Below are positions 1 through 12,577 of a stretch of DNA of 64,000 nucleotides, piece after piece. The notes beneath the pieces were generated by a model, which saw only the letters and a program-made list of their open reading frames with translations, did no database searches and was not told the origin of the DNA. Within the stretch, counting starts at the first letter, position 1; every line of letters starts with the position of its first letter. A program made the translations under genes and the position numbers. This DNA comes from Malacoraja senta (Eukaryota), in NCBI GenBank assembly GCA_038087875.1, contig CM075990.1, positions 11,782,001 to 11,846,000 of the forward strand, given 5' to 3'.

Positions 1-392
1 GCATGGACGATGGGCCAAAGGTCCCTGTTTCCATGCTGTATCTCTCTCTGATTCGCAGACTCTGTCTTTTTTTGGATGCCCCGAGCTTGGGCATTATCCG
101 TGACATGTAATGTGGTGGCTTTTGCACGGGAGGAAATGTTGACGCTGAGCACAGCGTAAACAGCAATGTAACGACAGCTTATGCTTTGGTTATTCTCATC
201 GAGCCATAAATATTGTTTGGACTAACTCCCCCACTGCTCTTCATTGCAATCCTGTCCGTTCATTTCTGCTGAGCAGCAAGGGCAGAGGAGGTCTCTGCAA
301 AATGTCCGATAGTGTAGCACCCCCTTGGTTACTGCCCTAGGAGGTTCCTGCTTTGATTTTCATGTGCAAGATGGAGTCAAAATTGTTGCTGC

Positions 393-436
393 CTCATTCA
401 TTCATTCATTCATTCATTCATTCATTCATTCATTCA
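393..436. repeat. (TTCA)n microsatellite
   Basis: About 11 tandem tetranucleotide units. Confidence 0.95.
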
Positions 437-927
437 CCTGCTGTATTTGGCCTTCTAGGTAATGGGAATGTTATGCGTAGAGTCAATACCTTTATAAAAA
501 TAAAGACAAATCGACAAAAGCCGTGGCAATATAATTTCCATAAACTGCTGAAGGAAATCCTGCATTATTAAATATTAATTACAAATGAATACTATGACTA
601 AGCACAGAATACTGCGCAAATTTGACAGCAAACATCCACACAATGCAATAGATGACCACTTTGCCAGAATAATAACCTGCTTCTGCCGTCTCTTATCGAT
701 CATCTGATCTGCAATATGTGTATATACCTATTTGAACAGTTATAGGCACCAATTGTGAAGTTTGTCAACAAACGATTTTCTCCGTCAATGTCCCAGTGTT
801 TAAGACCCAGGCATCCTCTCTGAAGGTAAGTGCTTTATGTACCTGTTCATGTGTGTGTCCGTGAACATATACATTGGTTGCCGTGTGTTGGTATTCGTCA
901 TGCTTTGGCAGTCAGCTGGGAAACTTA

Positions 928-1429
928 AGGGCCTGCCCCACTTAGGCGATGTTTTGGGCGACTACAGGCGACTGCCGCAAAATTTTCAACTTGTTGAAAA
1001 TTCTTCGGCGACAGTGGCGACAATTTTTGCTGACGTAGGTTGTCGTAGGTTCTGTCGTAAGTTGTCATAGGTTGGCGTAGGTTCTGTCGTAGGTTGTCAT
1101 AGGTTGACGTAGGTGCTGTCGTAGGTTGCATAAGTTGACGTAGGTGCTGTCGTAGGTTGTCATAGGTTGGCGTAGGTTCTGTCGTAGGTTGTCATAGTTG
1201 ACGTAGGTGCTGTCGTAGGTTGTCATAAGTTGATGTAGGTGCTGTCGTAGGTTGTCATAGGTTGGCGTAGGTTCTGTCGTAGGTTGTCATAGGTTGACGT
1301 AGGTGCTGTCGTAGGTTGCATAAGTTGACGTAGGTTCTGTCGTAGGTAGTCGCCAGGTGTCATAGTTGAATTCCATTAAAACTAGTCCCTGGCAGTTGCC
1401 TAAAGAGTCACCTAAGTAGGGCAGGCCCT
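928..1429. mobile_element. PIF/Harbinger-type MITE with internal minisatellite (subfamily A)
   Basis: TIRs AGGGCCTGCCCCACTTAGG / CCTAAGTAGGGCAGGCCCT; flanks TTA / TAA; tandem array inside. Confidence 0.8.
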
Positions 1430-1542
1430 TAAAGGACAGTTTTTACAACTCCCTGGTCAGAATACTTGGAACAATCCATACAGAGCGCAATGTCTCAAAA
1501 TCACCTTGTGTTAATGATCTGATATTTTTGGATTGAACTACT

Positions 1543-1769
1543 CCACGAGTAGTTGGTCTACTCAACAGCCAAAAATCTGTAGCCTCCCTTTGATCTGGTA
1601 TTTTGTTGGTTCACATGCTTGATCAATGGTGTTTTATCATTATTAATGTTTAGTGTTTTCTGAGTCATTCGTAACTGTCACTGTATGTCATGTTGTTACT
1701 TGTGGGCGGAGCACCAAGGCCAATTCCTTGTATGTGAATACTTGGCCAATAAACTTACTTACTTACTTA
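1543..1769 (+). mobile_element. Rex1/Babar-type LINE 3' UTR fragment
   Basis: Near-identical to 14095-14335, same (ACTT)n tail. Confidence 0.8.
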
Positions 1770-1959
1770 AACAATTTTTCTTTTGGACTCTTTAAAAAAA
1801 AAAAAAGTTGAGTATGGTGAATCTTTCAAAGCAAAGATACCTTCCCACTTTGTTCTTTCTCTTCAATCTTGCCCTGGATTCCTCATCCTATTATTCACCC
1901 TGAAGCTTCACATATCCTCCTTATTTAAGTCACTCTTAAGCAATAACCCACTGTATTAA

Positions 1960-2291
1960 GGGCGGCACGATGGCGCAGCGGTAGAGTTGCTGCCTTACAG
2001 CGCTTGCAGCGCCGGAGACCCCGGCTTTGATCCCGACTAAGGGGTGCCGTCTGTACGGGGTTTGTATGTTCTTCCCGTGACCGCGTGAGTTTTCTCCGAG
2101 ATCCTCCCGAGTTTCCTCCCACAATCCAAAGACTTACAGGTTTGTAGGTTCATTGGCTTGATGTATGTGTAAGTTTTCCCTTGTGTGTGTGTGTGTGTGT
2201 AGGGTAGTGTTAATGTGCGGGATGGTGGGCGAGGACTCACTGGGCCGAAGGGTCTGTTTCCGCGCTGTATCTCTAAACTAAACTAAACTAA
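1960..2291 (+). mobile_element. tRNA-derived V-SINE (HE1-like), full length
   Basis: A-box TGGCGCAGCGGT, B-box-like region, central V-domain, LINE-like tail GGGCCGAAGGGTCTGTTTCC and (CTAAA)n. Confidence 0.85.
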
Positions 2292-5200
2292 TCAGTGCAA
2301 ACTGGTGCTACTCTTTGATGTTTTATTAAGACAATGCTGGATGACGTACCTTCCATCATTTTCATCAAGGATATACAATATCACAATAGATGGCCGGTGA
2401 TCAGCATACACTCAGTGGGCTGAAGGGCCTGTTTCTGTGCTATGAACTTTAATTCAGGAGCTCCGGGTACCTTCTAGTGAGTTTTTGTTGCATACCTTCC
2501 TGCTGGCTCCATTTGAAGCCAAGTAGAGGAGGTGAAGCATTTTGCTGTGGGAATGTTGTCTTGTTGACAAAGATACACAGCAACATGTTCGCAGAGTGTA
2601 ATGAGGACTGTAAGGCTAGCTATTGTGACAGCTGTCCCACTAAATCAAGCTGCCTGCTGCGAAATAGCTCACCCGCTTCGACAGTCAACACTGAGCTGAG
2701 ATCTTGACTGGCAACTTTGATATTTTTTAACCATTAATCTTCCACTTGTAAAACAAGAAGGAACCCCCTCCTGCTTTGCTTTGGAGGATATTCTGTTCTC
2801 AAAGGCTGGCAATACCCACATTTTTATGTGCATTCCAATGCAATTTTCCATCCTGAAACGCATACCAATGCAATGATAGCAGGTGCTGGCCAATATTACG
2901 CCTTCAAATGTTTGTCGTGATAAAGCTCTATTCCGTGATTATTCACACGATCAAGATCCCAAACTTCGCCATCACGGACATTCAATACATTTCCCAACTC
3001 GCCATTTAGCGTCCTGAAAATCTTTGTGAAGACGTACCCAAACTTTTGTCGGGTGAGGCAGTGCAACAGCTTCCAAGTACAGATTGGAGCAGGAGGGGGT
3101 CTGTGTGACCTTCCAGCCTGCTCCACCAGTGCTTGAGATCCTGGCTCATCTTCCACCTCAGAACCATCTTCCTGCACTGACCCTGATCTCTTAAATAAAA
3201 CATGAAAGCAAACCATCATTCAGAAATGAGGAACTGCAGTTGCTGGTTCTTGCACAAAAGGACACAAAGTGCTGGTACAAATAATAAACAATAAACTTTA
3301 GCAATGGTGGATATTCAGGGAAAGGAGGTATATGGATTATGCACGGACAGATAAGAATTGTTCTTCACATTATGTTCAGCATGGACATTTTGGGATGAAG
3401 GGACTGTTCCTGGCTGTATTATGTTCTAAGTTCAATGCCATTTCTTGATGAGTTTCTCAAACAATTCCTGAACATGCCATTATTTACAGTGGATCGCTGG
3501 GATTGAGTCGTTCTTCACCTGTGGTTTCTTGGGTGTGTGTCAGTGTTTGGACACAGTGTTTGGAAGTGTGTGGTGATTACAGCAGGCACCATGTTTACAG
3601 GTGGTTCCCTGTGGAACTTTAGATCTTCCTTGGCTTCCTGGCGATGGAGATCGTGTAAGAAACATTTAGACAGGTACACGGAGAGGATGTGGACCAAACC
3701 CAGGCAGGTGGGAACTGGTGTAGATGGGACAAGTTGGTAAGTTGGGCCGAAGGGCCTGTTTCCATGTGTATGACTGAGACATTTGAAAACTTGGCGCAAA
3801 CGCGTATTTATTTACAAATCCTCAGAATTGCCGCATCATCCCCAATTCGAGCTCAATAATAAAGTGAGAGTTAGTGTAGTCACCTTGCCGTGGATTGTCA
3901 CCTTGCCGTGGTGGAGAAGCTTGTGTGAACCTGAGATCCTGAGAGCGATGCCGTCTGGGGCCACCCATGGTCAGCCATGACCGAAGGGGGCCTAAGAACA
4001 CAGGTGTCTGTACGGAGTGGATATGTTTGCTGGATTAGTACTCCAGTAACCTGAACTAATGACCTGGAGATAGTAATTAAAAATCCTCCAAAGGTATTAA
4101 AATCCAGGCAGTTAAATAAACTTGGAATTTAAAAGCTACTCGTACTAATGGCGGTCTCGCAAGTACTATTTTTCATCGATTTTGCTGCTATTCTTTGGGA
4201 AAGGAAACCTATCATCCTTATCTGATCCATCTTCTATGTGACTTCCAACCCTTGTGGTTGACTCTTAATGGTTATTCCAAACTTATGAGGCGGCGAGGAA
4301 GACTACCTTTTCTGAGTGACAATAGATGGGGAAAATATTTTAGCTTTGCTGGAGACACTCATACTTTCAGAGCAAGCAAAATTGAAAGATTAATTGTAGT
4401 CATTTAAACTCTTCTTAGATGCATCAATTCTGCGATTTCCAATACTAATTCTGTTTTATTCCTTTATCCCTGTAAACGACAGGCTGGTCTCTGCATACGA
4501 GTCACTTGTGGTGAAACAGTCTTTGTTCTAATGATTCTCTGTACAAGGGAAGAAATCTTTGTACACAATAATTCAGAATGTCCGATTTTATTACCTGTTG
4601 TTAATTCACTAGGCTGTTGAAATATTATTAACAATTTATCCCCTCAAAACCTATTTGTCTTATGAAATCCTATTATTAGCCCCACAATTACCTTCTCTGC
4701 AGTGAGAGAAAAAACAATACAAATTTGGCTATCTTTCCTCCCAGTGAAAGCCTTCTGTTGCTTGTCTGACATAATTTAACAAAGACATACATGTTTGTAG
4801 GTTAATTGGCTTCGCTAAAATTGTAAATTGTCCCTAGCGTGTTAGTGTGCATGGATCGGTGGCCGGTGCAGACTCGGTGGGTCGAAGGGCCTGTCCCCGT
4901 GCTGTATCTCTAAACTTTTTTTAAAAAACTGACTAACTGGAAGCCACATTAAATCATTTGTAAAACACTGTTCGGGGGAACTGGCCCAACTCCATGTGTT
5001 TGGATGGATAACGAGGCAAAGGGAATGATGCAGAACATATTGACCAGATTCTTTCCTAAGATGGGGGATATCAGTTTGCCAGTCGGCTGAAGAAGATGGG
5101 ATTGTTTTCCATGCTGCAGAGAAGGTTGAGAGATGATTTTGTGGAACTCATTGCCACAGACGGCTGTGGAGGCCAAGTCATTGGGTATTTTCAAGACGGA

Positions 5201-5708
5201 GATCGATAGATACTTGATTAGTAAGGGTGTTGGGGGTTATGGGGAGAAGGCTGGCGAATGGGGTTGAGTGGGAAAGATAGATCAACTGTGATTGAATGGG
5301 GAGTTGACTCAATGGGCCAAATGGCTTACTTCCGCTCCATTGACATGAACATATGAACTTTTGAAGTTGATAGAAGTGCTAATCATGATGAATAGTTTAT
5401 AAAGAGAAACAGTTCCATTTTGGGAGGGTTTTGAGTTGGAGGATATATATTTCAGGTGATGAGTAAAATAACCCCTTCTTCCTATTCTTATTTAGTTGCT
5501 CAGAACCAAGGTTGTCTTGCATCCACTCTTTTACTGGGTGCATTTGGATGAGGTCGTGGGGCTTGCTCCTGCTCCAGTTTTCTTATGTTTTATGTTCTGA
5601 GACATTGCGGGTCAAACAGATGATCTTAACCGGAATGACTCTGAAACATAAACATTGAGGTGAAGCCTGGAGCAATGGAGTCCAGCGTTGATGCACGCAT
5701 TTCTCCTC

Positions 5709-6120
5709 CGTGGCACGGTGGCGCAGCGGTAGAGTTGCTGCCTTGCAGCGCCAGAGACCCGGGTTTGATCCTGACTACAGGTGTCCGTGGATTGTCACCT
5801 TGCCGTGGTGGAGAAGCTTGTGTGAACCTGAGATCCTGAGAGCGATGACATCTGGGGCCACCCATGGTCAGCCATGACCGAAGGGGGCCTAAGAACACAG
5901 GTGTTTGTATGGAGTTTGGATGTGACCTGCATGGGTTTTCTCCGGGATCTCCAGTTTCATCCCGCACTCTAAAGACGTACATATTTGTTGGCTTGGTATA
6001 ATTGTATATTGGCCCTACTGTGCACAGGACTAGCGTTAGTGTGCGGGGATTGCTGGTTGGCCGGGACTCAGTGGGCCTAAGGCCCTGTTTCCATGCTTTC
6101 TCTCTAAAACAAACTAAACA
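5709..6120 (+). mobile_element. V-SINE with nested ~110 bp insertion
   Basis: Same family as 1960-2291, interrupted at 5785-5896. Confidence 0.83.
5785..5896 (+). mobile_element. Short RTE-like insertion (second copy at 3888-4018)
   Basis: 8-bp TSD ACAGGTGT; start TCACCTTGCCGTGGTGGAGAAGCTTGTGTG resembles RTE-clade 5' UTRs. Confidence 0.55.
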
Positions 6121-6659
6121 TTTAAATAAAATGAACCAGAGAATCAAACTATTCACAGGATCGCACAAAGGTCGCAGCATGGGAGGAGCCAGGGTAAATG
6201 ATTGGCGTAGATGGGAACGGTCTGGTGCCGATGGTTATTGAAAGGTATAATGATTGATGAAGAAGGGTCTCAACCCGAAACGTCACCCATTCCTTCTCTC
6301 CAGAGATGCTGCCTGTCCCGCTGAGTTACTCCAGCATTTTGTGTCTATCTTGGGGATAATAATGGATTTGAACATGGTAGACCGAGGTTTCCTGATTCTG
6401 TGCTGTATGACTCTGAGGCCTTTTAGTCCCTTGAGTGTACGCTGGCTCAATGCAAGAGCAATCTAGTTACTTCCAACCTTCTCCCCAGACATCTCCAAGT
6501 TATTTATTTTTAAATGCTTATTTCATTTTAAATGCTTAATCAATTCCCTTCTGAACATCCATTGGATTTGTTTAATAACTCAACAAGCGTCACTTCTTTG
6601 CAGTAATATATTAAATATACATGTACCACAAAGGAATTTGATGTGTGCTTTCTACATGA

Positions 6660-7180
6660 ACATAGAAACATAGAAATATAGAAAATAGGTGCAGGAGTAG
6701 GCCATTCGGCCCTTCGAGCCTGCACCGCCATTTGATATGATCATGGCTGATCATCCAACTCAGTATCCCATCCCTGCCTTCTCTCCATACCCCCTGATCC
6801 CTTTAGCCACAAGGGCCACATCTAACTCCCTCTTAAATATAGCCAATGATCTGGCCTCAACTACCTTCTGTGGCAGAGAATTCCACAGATTCACCACTCT
6901 CTGTGTGAAAAATGATTTCCTCATCTCGGTCCTAAAAGTCTTCCCTCTTATCCTTAAACTGTGACCCCTAGTTCTGGACTTCCCCAACATCGGGAATAAT
7001 CTTCCTGCATCTAGCCTGTCCAACCCCTTAAGAATTTTGTAAGTTTCTATAAGATCCCCCCTCAGTCTTCTGAATTCCAACGTGTACAAGCCGAGTCTAT
7101 CCAGTCTTTCCTCGTATGAAAGTCCTGCCAACCCAGGAATCAGTCTGGTGAACCTTCTCTGTACTCCCTCTATGGCAAGA
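6660..7180 (-). mobile_element. CR1-clade LINE 3' fragment (young)
   Basis: ORF 6760-7131 (LSYEERLDRLGLYTLEFRRLRGDLIETYKIL..FFTQRVVNLWNSLP) is a CR1 ORF2 C-terminus; (TTTCTATG)n tail. Confidence 0.9.
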
Positions 7181-8640
7181 ATCCCACATCCGCCCTTGAT
7201 TTTAACCCACTGGGCTCAGTCAGACATCTATAAATAATTCTGCAATGAGAGGGATTAGATCGCTGGCTGTTTCCCTATGACCTGCCGCATGTGCGTACAC
7301 CTGTATGTGGTCTCCATCAGAGGACACGGCACCTCAGGCAGAGATGGGAATGAGAGGAATAAATATAATGGAAAGAAATAGTCAAAATAACGTGGTCAAA
7401 TGTCAAAGACGAGAGGGCATGGCTTTAAGGTGAGAGGGGCAAGGTTTAAAGGAGGTGTGCGGGGCATGATTTTTACACAGAGCATAGACGCAACTCAATG
7501 GGTCAGGTAGCATCGCTGGAGGAAAGGAACAGGTGAGGGTTTTGGGTCGAGACCCTTCTTCAGACAGAGTCAGGGGAGAGGGAAACTAGAGGTGTGAAAA
7601 GGTTTGGAACAAATCCAAGCCGGCAACAATTACACAGAGTGGAGGATGCCTGGGATCTACTGGCATGGGAGATGGTGGTGCCGGAGATAGATGTGATACG
7701 GCATTTGAGGCTTTGGATAAGCATGTACAGGGAATGGAAGGATATGGATCTTAAGTGATAGGAGCAGAATTAGGCCATTTGGCCCATCAAGTCTGCTCCG
7801 TCATTCAATCATGGCTGATCTATCTCTCCCTCCCAACCCCATTCCCCTGCCTTCTCCCTATAACCCCTGACACCCGTACTAATCAAGAATCTATCTATCT
7901 CTGCTTTAAAAATATCCATTGACTTGGCCTCCACAGCCTTCTGTGGCAAAGAAGTCCACAGATTCACCACCTCTGGTGCGAGACTCTGCCACTAGTGGAA
8001 GCATCCTCCCCACATCCACTCTATCCAAGTCTTTCATGTGCTGAGATGAGGAGATTAGTTAAACTTGGCATTATGTTTGGAAAGAACACTAACCCTGTCC
8101 TGTGCTGTACTGTTCTCTGTTCCATTTTCAATGTTCTATGCAATGACAATTAGGTTTGTTTAACTTTCCTTTATTAGGTCTGTGCTGTTGTATTAGATTA
8201 ACTAGCAGATTCTTCTTCTGTAAAGAATTTACTATCGACAACTCTCCTTTTTTATAGTCCTCTCTCTTTATAGTGGCACTTCCCTTATTGTTCCATCACT
8301 GCAAAATGTAGTATCTCCCAGCTCCGTTAGCAGTCCACAGAGCATTGTATTATTACTGAAGATAGACACCAAAATGCTGGAGTAACTCAGCGGGACAGGC
8401 AGCATCTCTGGAGAGAAGGAATGGGTGACGTTTTGGGTCGAGACCCTTCTTCAGACCCGAAACATCACCCATTCCTTCTCTCCAGAGATGCTGCCTGCCC
8501 CGCTGAGTTTCTCCAGCTTTTTGTGTCCATGGTCAGTTTGAACCAGCATCTGCAGTTCCTTCCTACACATTGTATTATTACCTGCAAGTTTCATCTCTTC
8601 TCAATCTCACCCTCCCTCCCTGTTGTTTGTGGGTCACAGT

Positions 8641-9216
8641 TAGGTTTGCCAAGTGTCCCGTATTAGCCGGGACATCCCGTATATTGGGCTAAATTGGATT
8701 GTCCAATATGGGACCGCCCTTGTCCCGTATTTGACTGCTACTACTTGGGTCGAGGGGACTGTCGGGTCAGAGCGCCGCGTCCGGCCCCGCCTCACCCGTC
8801 CCGACGTAGTGCAGCCCATGGAGTGCAGCAGCAGCACCTCGCCCATGGCCCCGTCGGTCAGCAACCCTTCGGACCTTCGCTTACCGCCGACACCACCACC
8901 CCTCCTTCTCATGGCCGACCATAGGTTCATAAGTTGGAAGGGGTGCCAGACTTTGCGTGCAGCAGAATACAAAGCCCAGCCGGCGGGGGCCAGCTGCGGA
9001 GTTTCGGCCCGGGCGCCAGACTTTGCGCGCGATGTCGCCCGGGGCAAAAACTCCTCAGCTGGCCCCGCCGGCTGGGCTTTGTGTGCAGTCCAGCACCCGG
9101 GCCAACTCATCATTCACCCAGCCACGGCCGAGTCGGTCAACGAATTGCCGTCGGGAATTTGTCCCTTAATTTGACCTTTTGTCCCTTATTTGGGAGTGAG
9201 AAAGTTGGCGACCCTC
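8641..9216. mobile_element. Non-autonomous hAT-like element (TAGGGTTGCCA-type ends), GC-rich interior
   Basis: Ends TAGGTTTGCCAA / TTGGCGACCCTC, subterminal TGTCCC repeats at both ends, degenerate 8-bp TSD GTCACAGT/GTCACACG. Confidence 0.7.
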
Positions 9217-10249
9217 GTCACACGGTGTCTTCGTGCATCTGCTCCAAGGGATGGTAATAATCTTACATGTTTCAGTAAGATCCCCTCTCATCCTTCTAAA
9301 TTCCAGAGTAGACATGCCCAGCCGCTCCATTCTATCCACACATGACAGTCCCGCCATCCCAGGTCTCGTCACGTGACATGTGAAAGGTATACGGTGCATA
9401 GAAGCACAGCTAAATGGAAGGCGATTAAAGGACATCTGCAGCTCAGCAAGCTCGAACCACTTAGGCTCCAGAGCCCCCTTGGTTGAATTACAGCCTCATA
9501 AACCTCCCTCCTGGGTACCTGTCATTCTAGATGTACAGTTGTCAGCACTAAGCCTCTTTGATGTGATCATTTATTTATTAAAGATATTTCCACAGGAACT
9601 CTCGTTTAAGCTTGTTAACAAAGGGCGGTAGCCTCGGGGCCAGTGAGCAGATTCAGCACAACCAGAAGACAGGCGAGGCCCAGTACAGACTGGCAAAGGT
9701 GTAATCGAACCTTCTCTGGGACTAGTATTACTGACGCTCCACAACAATGTATAATCCTCCCCGCCTATCTACCAGTTGGATGACCTTGCTGGCGACTGCA
9801 TTGTATGCATTTTCACTCCCACCATATAAAAGAAGCTTCCACAAGAAAGATACAGATAAAGAGGTTATTCTGACCCAGTGTTCAGGTGCTTTTAAGATTT
9901 CACATTAAGATTGTGAGAGAGCAATGTATCAAGTTGCATAATTTTGCCTTCAGTAGAAGAAACTAGTGTTCATAATGGAATTTACAGAAAAGGAGGTGAG
10001 GGGACCAATTGTTTTTGAAATGCCTTTTATACAATTGTGTGCTATTGTACTTGGATGAGATTCTACTTCCTCAAAGGACTTGATCTTGACAGTGCTCTCC
10101 GTTTACATGGCCCATTTCTGATGGTAGAATGGCCTTTTCTACACCCAAGAACAAGATGGGAGCAGGAGCGGGTCACTGTGCCTTCAAGCCTGCCCCACCC
10201 TTTAATATGATCACAGCTGATTGACTCCTCTTTCGTCCTATTTCTCACG

Positions 10250-10682
10250 TTCACAAGTTACAGGAGTAGAATTAGGCCATTTGGCCCATCGAGTCTATTC
10301 CGCCATTCAATCATGGCTGATCTCTACTTCCTACACCCATTTTCCCGCCTACTCCCCATAACCCTTGACACCTGTTCTAATCAAGAATTTGTCTGTATCT
10401 GCCTTAAAAATATCCACTGACTTGGCCTCCACAGCCGTCTGTGGCAATGAGTTCCACAGATTAACTACCCTCTGACCAAAGAAATTCCTCCTCACCTTTC
10501 TAAAAGAGCGCCCTTTAATTCTGAGGCTATGACCTCTGGTCCTAGACTCTCCCACCAGTGGAAACATCCTTTCCACATCCATTCTATGCATTTCATTATT
10601 CTGTAAGTTTCAATGAGGTGACCCCTCAACCTTCTAAACTCCAGCGAGTACAGGCCCAGTGCTGTCAAGCAAGCGCTCATCT
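10250..10682 (-). mobile_element. CR1-clade LINE 3' fragment
   Basis: [13 protein letters not shown] and FFGQRVVNLWNSLP in shifted frames, plus CR1 3' UTR. Confidence 0.85.
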
Positions 10683-12125
10683 TACCCTATGAGAGTACCC
10701 TTGCACCTCCATCTCCCAATCTATCAAATGTTTTTTATCCACCTCTAAATACTTCTAATGATCGAGGTTCCACTACCCACAGCAGCAGAGAATCGCTCGT
10801 TACGACGGCATCACAAAACTTCAGTCTACCAAAGTTTCCCCTCAACAAACTAAAGTACTAAATGAGCTTTATACTAGTTCAGATGAGATAACAGCCACTC
10901 GCCTTTTCTCTAGGCATTTAGACATGTCCATAGAACAAGAGGACTTAGTAACAAATCAAATACTAGAGGGTATAGTTTTAAGGTGAAAGGGGCAATGTTT
11001 AAATGAGATGTGCAGGGCAGGTTTTTTTTACACAGAGGGTGGTGAGTACTTGCAACGCGCTGCCAGGGTTGCTGGTTGAGGCAGGTATGAAAGTGGCATT
11101 TAAGATGGATATGCAGGGTCTGCAAGGATCTGGGTGATGTGCAGGTAGATAAGAGATGGTCTTGACATTTTGGTCGGGGTGTATGGGCATTGCGGGCCAA
11201 AGGGCCTCTTCTCGTGCTGTACTGTTCTATGTTCTATGAATACTGTACCAGAATGTGGAGTAAAAGCTTGATTTCCATCAGGGAAATCTGGATAGGATGG
11301 CCAGTAGGGTGATTGGATGGACCGAATGACTGAAGAAGGGTCTCGACCCGAAACGCCACCCATTCCTTCTCTCCAGAGATGCTGCCTGTCCCGCTGAGTT
11401 ACTCCAGCATCTTGTGTCTATCTTGGGCCGAATGACTGCTTCGGGAAATTCGAACTAAAACAAAGGATCAATTTCAAGGGGTATCGTCGAAGTCTAGTAG
11501 ATATCATTCAATGTTGATGCTCCTGTTCTGCTAATCCTCACCCTGGAAGCAGATTTACTGTGAACCTGATTGTCCCCCAGGGACCGGTCCATAAAGACAA
11601 CTAATAGCTTTGTTGAAATGCTTTTGAACGAAGCTTAAAAATCCACTCTTGACCCACGCACCCCCCCCCCCCCCCACCCCAACTCCCTGCAGTTCTGGTT
11701 AGAGAAGGAACAGCATTGTAGCGTTTTCTGCAAACGTTTATTAGTTTCAGATGTTGGGTACAAAGGAGGTCTGCGGGATGTAAATTAAACCCCGCGTGGC
11801 TTCTGCGCGCCTCGTTTTGCAAGCCGCGTCTCAGACGTTGCAGTGAAAGAGCACGGAGCAAGCCAACAAGGGCCCCATTCTTCCCTCCACTGGGTAGATT
11901 ACCGACCAGGATCCTGTTACCCTGGTTCCAGGTCCGAGATTTAATCTGCAGCTTGGGTGATGACACGGGTTCCCTTTGCCTGAGGCCGGCTGTGAAGGCA
12001 CAAGGAGGCGTTGCCGAGGGGTTGCCGAGGGCGCCAGCTCTGTGTTCCTTCCCCCCAGCTCGTTCAAAACCCACTCCTTCCCCCTTCGCTTTGGCTCGGA
12101 GCTCTCTGGAAGGAGGAGGAATGCA

Positions 12126-12577
12126 GTTTAGTTTTGTTTAGTTTAATTTAGAGACACAGGGGCCCCTCGGGCAACCGAGTCCTCGCCGACCAGCGATCCC
12201 CGCACACTAACGCTATCCAACACAATAGGGACAATTTATTTAAGAAGGAACTGCAGATGCTGGAAAATCGAAGGTAGACAAAAGTGCTGGAGAAACTCAG
12301 CGGGTGCAGCAGCATCTGTGGATGCTGCTGCACCCGCTGAGTTTCTCCAGCACTTTTGTCTACCTAGGGACAATTTACATTGACACCACGCCAATTAACC
12401 TGCAATCCTGTACGTCTTTGGAGTGTGGGAGGAAGCCGAAGATCTCGGAGAAAACCCACGCGGTCACGAGGAGAACGTACAAACTCCGTACAGTTAGCGC
12501 CCGTGGTCGGGATCGAACCCGTGTTTCTGGCGCTGCAAGCGCTGTAAGGCAGAAACTCTACCGCTGCGCCACCGTGG
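12126..12577 (-). mobile_element. V-SINE with nested fold-back insertion
   Basis: Reverse complement of the V-SINE consensus, interrupted at 12239-12365. Confidence 0.83.

Noticed and set aside
1031..1350. CRISPR-like array
   Set aside because: No unique spacers and no cas genes; it is a tandem minisatellite within a MITE in eukaryotic DNA.
1960..2040. tRNA genes at V-SINE heads
   Set aside because: A/B boxes run straight into SINE body and tail; no complete cloverleaf.
2896..3219. 107-aa - strand ORF
   Set aside because: No recognisable domain; overlaps what looks like a degraded CR1 3' UTR.
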